Under the pieces are notes generated by a model. The model searched no databases. It was not told the origin of the DNA and saw nothing but the letters and a program-made list of their open reading frames with translations. A stretch of DNA of 64,000 nt from Rhizomicrobium sp. (GTDB lineage: Bacteria; Pseudomonadota; Alphaproteobacteria; Micropepsales; Micropepsaceae): assembly GCA_036268825.1 (NCBI GenBank), contig DATATK010000130.1:132-64131 (forward strand), written 5' to 3'. Below, piece by piece: positions 59,811 through 64,000 of the stretch (its first letter is position 1; each line of letters starts with the position of its first letter). Both the position numbers and the translations under genes were made by a program.

Positions 59811-60137
59811 TCAGGCCGCATCCACGTCCTCCAATGACCTCACCTTGACCGGCGCGCGGTTGGGCAGGCGCACGATCACATCGAGTTCACCGCCGATGGC
59901 CTCTACATAGTTGCGCAAGGTGGAGAGATACATGTCCGTCTGCTTCTCGATCTTGGAGACGGCGGGCTGGCTGATCTTGAGCGTTTTCGCGATCTTCGCC
60001 TGCGACTTGGCCGACAGGCGGCGAAGCTCTTTCAACGATTCCACCTCGTTGACCAGTTCCTTGAACCGGCGGTCGAGCTCCGCGCGCCGCTTGGGCGGCA
60101 AGGCGTCAAGAACGTCTTTCAGAGGCACAGGCATCAC
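59811..60137 (-). CDS. XRE-family HTH antitoxin (HigA-like)
   Basis: LKELRR...SQ..IA..L.ISQPAVSKIEKQTDMYLSTLR.YVEA.GG.L. Confidence 0.9.
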   Translation of the reverse strand: MMPVPLKDVLDALPPKRRAELDRRFKELVNEVESLKELRRLSAKSQAKIAKTLKISQPAVSKIEKQTDMYLSTLRNYVEAIGGELDVIVRLPNRAPVKVRSLEDVDAA

Positions 60138-60487
60138 GATATTCCTAACCGTTTGAGATGCGCCTTGTAACGCGCGTCTGCCGCTGCGATCAGCTTTTTG
60201 TAGAACCGCGTTTGGCTGGTTCCGCTCTTATCGCCCGCGACCAGCAGGATCGCGTTCCGCTTCGGGTCGAACGCAAAAGCCACGCGCCACACTCCATCAT
60301 CCGCCCGGAACCGCAATTCCTTCATGTTCGCGAATTGCGAGCCTTTCAGCGTGTCCACATGCGGACGCGCGAGCTTCGGTCCATAAACCTCCAGCAGCCG
60401 CACGCCCAGCAGCAACTCGTCCTGAACCGCTTCCGGTAACGCCACATAGTCAGCATGGAACGCGTCAGCAAAGGCGACTTGCCACAT
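60134..60487 (-). CDS. RelE/ParE-superfamily toxin (HigB/Gp49-like)
   Basis: GP.LARPHVDTLKGS...NMKELR, WRVAFAFDP.R.AILLVAGDKSG; toxin-first arrangement. Confidence 0.9.
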   Translation of the reverse strand: MWQVAFADAFHADYVALPEAVQDELLLGVRLLEVYGPKLARPHVDTLKGSQFANMKELRFRADDGVWRVAFAFDPKRNAILLVAGDKSGTSQTRFYKKLIAAADARYKAHLKRLGIS

Positions 60488-60491
60488 CGCG

Positions 60492-60519
60492 ATATAACCT
60501 ATAAGCTATATTTCGTCAA
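60492..60519 (-). promoter_or_regulatory. TA promoter with imperfect palindromic operator
   Basis: On -: TTGACG followed by ATATAGCTTATAGGTTATAT (16/20 self-complementary), ending 4 nt before the toxin ATG. Confidence 0.6.
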
Positions 60520-60527
60520 GGGCCAAC

Positions 60528-60989
60528 TCAATCCTTGTCCACGCCTTCCATCTCGCCGATCAGCGCCTCGAAGTCCTTGGTCTCGCGGAAATTCTTGTAG
60601 ACGGAGGCGAAGCGGACATAGGCGACCTTGTCGAGGCTCGACAGGGCCTGCATCACCAGCTCGCCGACCATGGAGGACGGGATTTCGTTCTCGCCCAGGC
60701 TTTCCAGGCGGCGGACGATGCCGGTGATCATGCGGTCGACGCGTTCGGCTTCGACCGGGCGCTTGCGCAAGGCGTGGTGCAGCGAGCGTTCCAGCTTGTC
60801 GCGCTCGAAGGGTTCGCGGCGGCCGTTCTTCTTGGTCACGATCAATTCGCGCAATTGCACGCGCTCGAATGTCGTGAACCTGCCGCCGCACGCGGGGCAA
60901 TGGCGCCGGCGGCGAATGGCGGAATTGTCCTCGCTCGGGCGGCTGTCTTTGACTTGGGTATCGTCGTGTCCGCAAAACGGGCAGCGCAT
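60528..60989 (-). CDS. nrdR: Transcriptional repressor NrdR
   Basis: MRCPFC, IRRRRHC..C..RFTTFE, ATP cone, [10 protein letters not shown]. Confidence 0.98.
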   Translation of the reverse strand: MRCPFCGHDDTQVKDSRPSEDNSAIRRRRHCPACGGRFTTFERVQLRELIVTKKNGRREPFERDKLERSLHHALRKRPVEAERVDRMITGIVRRLESLGENEIPSSMVGELVMQALSSLDKVAYVRFASVYKNFRETKDFEALIGEMEGVDKD

Positions 60990-60998
60990 GAAATATCC

Positions 60999-62303
60999 TC
61001 AGCTATAGATCGGGAAACGGTTGCAGAGTTCGGCGACGCGGGCGCGCACGCTGGCTTCGACGGCGGCATCGCCCTCTTCGCCTTTTTTCGCCACGGCATC
61101 GACCACTTCGACGATGAGCTTGCCGATCTCCTTGAACTCCGCCGGGCCGAAGCCACGCGTCGTTCCGGCGGGCGAGCCGAGGCGGACACCGGATGTGATC
61201 GCGGGCTTCTCGGTGTCGAACGGGATGGCGTTCTTGTTCGTCGTGATGAAGGCGCGATCGAGCGAACGCTCGGTGGCGCGACCGGTGGCGCCCTTGGGGC
61301 GCAGGTCGACTAGCATCAGATGCGTATCGGTGCCGCCGGAGACGATGTCGAGGCCGAGAGCGTGCAGCGTCTCGGCCAGCACCTTGGCGTTCTCGACGAC
61401 GTTGCGTGCGTAGATCTTGAAATCGGGGCGCAGCGCCTCGCCGAACGCGACGGCCTTGGCGGCGATGACATGCATCAGCGGGCCGCCCTGCAATCCGGGG
61501 AACACGGCGGAGTTGATCTTCTTACCGAGGTCCAGATCCTTGGAGAGGATCATGCCGCCGCGCGGGCCGCGCAGCGTCTTATGCGTCGTGGTGGTGACGA
61601 CATGCGCATGCTCAAGGGGATTGGGATGCACGCCGCCGGCGACGAGGCCCGCGAAATGCGCCATGTCCACCATGAAATAGGCGCCGACGGAATCGGCGAT
61701 CTCGCGGAAGCGCTTGAAGTCGATGATGCGCGAATAGGCCGAGCCGCCGGCGATGATCAGCTTGGGCTTGTGCTCCTTGGCCATCGCCTCGACATCGTCC
61801 ATGTCGATGCGCTGGTCCTGGCGGCGCACGGTGTAGGACACCGGCTTGAACCATTTGCCGGACTGGTTGACCGGCGAGCCGTGCGTCAAATGCCCGCCCG
61901 CGGCGAGATCGAGGCCCATGAACGTATCGCCGGGCTGCATCAGCGCGAAGAACACCGCCTGGTTGGCCTGGGCGCCGGAATGCGGCTGGACGTTGGCGAA
62001 GTCGCAAGTGAACAAGCGCTTGGCGCGGTCGATCGCGAGTTCTTCGGCGATATCGACATATTCGCAGCCGCCATAGTAACGGCGGCCCGGATAGCCCTCG
62101 GCATACTTGTTCGTCAGCACCGAGCCTTGGGCCTCAAGCACCGCCTTGCTGACGATGTTTTCCGAAGCGATCAGCTCGATCTTCTCCTGCTGGCGCTGGA
62201 GTTCCTCGCCGATGGCGCGCGCCACTTCGGGGTCCGCTTCCGCCAGTCCCCGGGAGAAAAACCCGCTATTGCGCGGTTCTGCCGCGCTGGAAATCGCCGC
62301 CAT
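60999..62303 (-). CDS. glyA: Serine hydroxymethyltransferase
   Basis: [36 protein letters not shown]. Confidence 0.98.
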   Translation of the reverse strand: MAAISSAAEPRNSGFFSRGLAEADPEVARAIGEELQRQQEKIELIASENIVSKAVLEAQGSVLTNKYAEGYPGRRYYGGCEYVDIAEELAIDRAKRLFTCDFANVQPHSGAQANQAVFFALMQPGDTFMGLDLAAGGHLTHGSPVNQSGKWFKPVSYTVRRQDQRIDMDDVEAMAKEHKPKLIIAGGSAYSRIIDFKRFREIADSVGAYFMVDMAHFAGLVAGGVHPNPLEHAHVVTTTTHKTLRGPRGGMILSKDLDLGKKINSAVFPGLQGGPLMHVIAAKAVAFGEALRPDFKIYARNVVENAKVLAETLHALGLDIVSGGTDTHLMLVDLRPKGATGRATERSLDRAFITTNKNAIPFDTEKPAITSGVRLGSPAGTTRGFGPAEFKEIGKLIVEVVDAVAKKGEEGDAAVEASVRARVAELCNRFPIYS

Positions 62304-62775
62304 GTCACGCCTCACTGAAGTAGATCACCCGTCGGGCCGGCCCGCGCCGCGCACCACACCTAATCGCGTCCCGTCCTTAGCGCTTTACCAAATCTTGCGC
62401 CAGTGCATACCGGTTTTGCAGGCGGCCAATGGCTGCGGCGTGTTGGGAATCGGGCGGCGATACGGCGGCCGTTCCAGTGCGGGCTTATACGGTTAACGCA
62501 GAACCGGTTTTCTTATATGCGCAAAGGGACTCTTTAAGAAGATCAAAAAAGTCTAACGGGCGGACCCGTTATACGTGCATTGACGATCTCTCGGCTTTGT
62601 CTAACAGCCAATAAGTGGCGTAAATGCTGATATCTGGCTGCCTTTGCCGTTACAAACCGTTCATCGGGCAACACCGGCCCAACACTTCCGAATACTGCTT
62701 GATTTCGTTTTGTGAACTAGGCAATACGCTACTTATTCGAAACTCGAACCAGACATGGCAGAGGTACGCGTAAAA

Positions 62776-63213
62776 ATGAGCGACATGCAGGCGGCGCGAG
62801 CCGACGATCTTCTCAAGCTGGCCAGCGATATCGTCGCGGCTTATGTCTCCAACAACCCGATTGCCATTACCGACGTTCCCGGGATGATCAAAAGCGTCCA
62901 CGCCACCCTGGGCGGCCTGTCCGCCGGCGGCCCGACAGACGCGCCGACGACCCAGAAGCCGGCCGTTACCGTCAAGAAGTCGATCACGCCGGAATACATC
63001 ATCTGCCTGGAAGACGGCAAAAAGCTGAAAATGCTCAAGCGTTACCTGCGCTCGCGCTACAGCCTGTCGCCGGAAGAATACCGCACCAAGTGGGGCCTGC
63101 CCGCCGATTACCCCATGGTCGCGCCGAATTACGCCCAGCAGCGCTCCGACTTCGCCAAGAAGATCGGCCTCGGCCGCAGCGCCCCCGCCTCCAAGGGCCG
63201 CCGCCGGAACTAG
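62776..63213 (+). CDS. mucR: MucR/Ros family transcriptional regulator
   Basis: IVAAYVSNN, PAV.VKKSI, CLEDGKKLKMLKRYL, YPMVAPNY. Confidence 0.95.
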   Translation: MSDMQAARADDLLKLASDIVAAYVSNNPIAITDVPGMIKSVHATLGGLSAGGPTDAPTTQKPAVTVKKSITPEYIICLEDGKKLKMLKRYLRSRYSLSPEEYRTKWGLPADYPMVAPNYAQQRSDFAKKIGLGRSAPASKGRRRN

Positions 63214-63237
63214 CCTGTCCTGGCACGAACGTTACAG

Positions 63238-63264
63238 AACGGGGGGCGCAGGCTCCGCCGTTTT
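63238..63264 (+). terminator. Probable terminator after mucR
   Basis: AACGGGGGGC-GCAG-GCTCCGCCGTTTT imperfect stem with T tract. Confidence 0.45.
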
Positions 63265-63296
63265 GCTATGAGCACCTGTCCTTGGGGGTGACGTTC

Positions 63297-63788
63297 GTGC
63301 CGAATACAGGACCCGTCCTCTACCTGCTCTGCGGGAAGATCGCCGCGGGCAAGTCCACGCTGTCCAAAGCGCTCGCCGGCAGACCCGGCACCGTCCTGAT
63401 CAGCGAGGATCACTGGACATCCCATCTCTTCGCCGGTGAACTCAAGACTCTCGAAGACTACGGACGCTGCTCTGCGCTCCTGCGCAGCGCGATGGCGCCG
63501 CATGTGGTCGCGCTGCTCAAGGCCGGCATGTCCGTCGTGCTGGACTTCCCCGCCAACATGCTCGCCAACCGCCGCTGGATGCGCGACATTGCCGAGGAGG
63601 CAGACGTCGCCCACGAACTCCACTATCTCGACGTGCCGGACGCGGTGTGCAAACAGCGTCTGCGGGACCGAAACGCCGGCGGCGAGCATCCTTTCCAGAC
63701 GACGGAGGCGGACTTCGACTTGTTCACGAGCTACTTTGTGCCGCCGTCGGCGGATGAGGGGTTGAACATCGTCGTTCACAGGGTTTGA
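63297..63788 (+). CDS. AAA_33-type P-loop protein
   Basis: LCGKIAAGKST, VVLDFPAN, RLR.RN. Confidence 0.85.
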   Translation: MPNTGPVLYLLCGKIAAGKSTLSKALAGRPGTVLISEDHWTSHLFAGELKTLEDYGRCSALLRSAMAPHVVALLKAGMSVVLDFPANMLANRRWMRDIAEEADVAHELHYLDVPDAVCKQRLRDRNAGGEHPFQTTEADFDLFTSYFVPPSADEGLNIVVHRV

Positions 63789-63873
63789 GCGAAAAGAAAG
63801 TTGATTCACGCGAAGCCGCAGAGGCGCGGAAGAGTAACGCACGTGACAGTCAGCTCACCCCGCTCTCTGCACC

Positions 63874-64000
63874 GTCATCCCCCGGGCAAGTCCACGGCTG
63901 TCCGGTTTAAATTTAGCGCCATTGTATCGCCAACTGCTGGGAAGCGGCTTGGTGGTGTGGCGGGGGCTCGATCAGTCGGTCGAGCCGCCTTCGATGCATG
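63874..64000 (+). mobile_element. Possible left end of an insertion sequence (IS110-like) within a REP arm, truncated by the window
   Basis: A GTCATCCCCCGGGC REP-type arm runs into CCACGGCTGTCCGGTTTA and non-coding sequence. Assignment rests on recalled resemblance only; no transposase is in the window. Confidence 0.35.

Noticed and set aside
62310-62400. Possible ZMP/ZTP riboswitch upstream of glyA
   Set aside because: The conserved pfl-motif elements could not be matched by eye; needs an Infernal search.

Overview
GC-rich alphaproteobacterial chromosomal window. Gene order (pcm-tolC-popZ-valS, hom-glpX-recJ, rplM-rpsI, rpmF-plsX-fabH-ihfA-merR-tRNA-Pro, glyA-nrdR-ribD-ribE-ribB-ribH-nusB-thiL, mucR) is typical of Alphaproteobacteria. 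It is mostly housekeeping, with an RND efflux pair, phaC, hppA, an archaic (Csu-type) chaperone-usher pilus operon, two tRNAs and a small toxin-antitoxin insertion at the nrdR 3' end. The unusual signals are mostly non-coding. (1) A multi-copy family of ~140-160 bp branched palindromic elements occurs in two subfamilies; one copy appears to be read in frame at the start of a serine-hydrolase gene and another supplies the ctaA stop codon. (2) A different, structured 103-bp element with a TTGACA box occurs twice, each time beside a subfamily-II palindrome. (3) A ~370-bp low-GC patch with rare codons lies inside valS. (4) A degenerate duplication of the nrdR 3' end brackets the TA module. (5) An orphan PD-(D/E)xK-like protein is present. 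(6) ECF-sigma promoter matches precede small stress proteins, including a Met-rich repeat peptide. (7) A possible IS110-type left end begins at the right edge. All calls are by eye from sequence motifs; no database searches were run.
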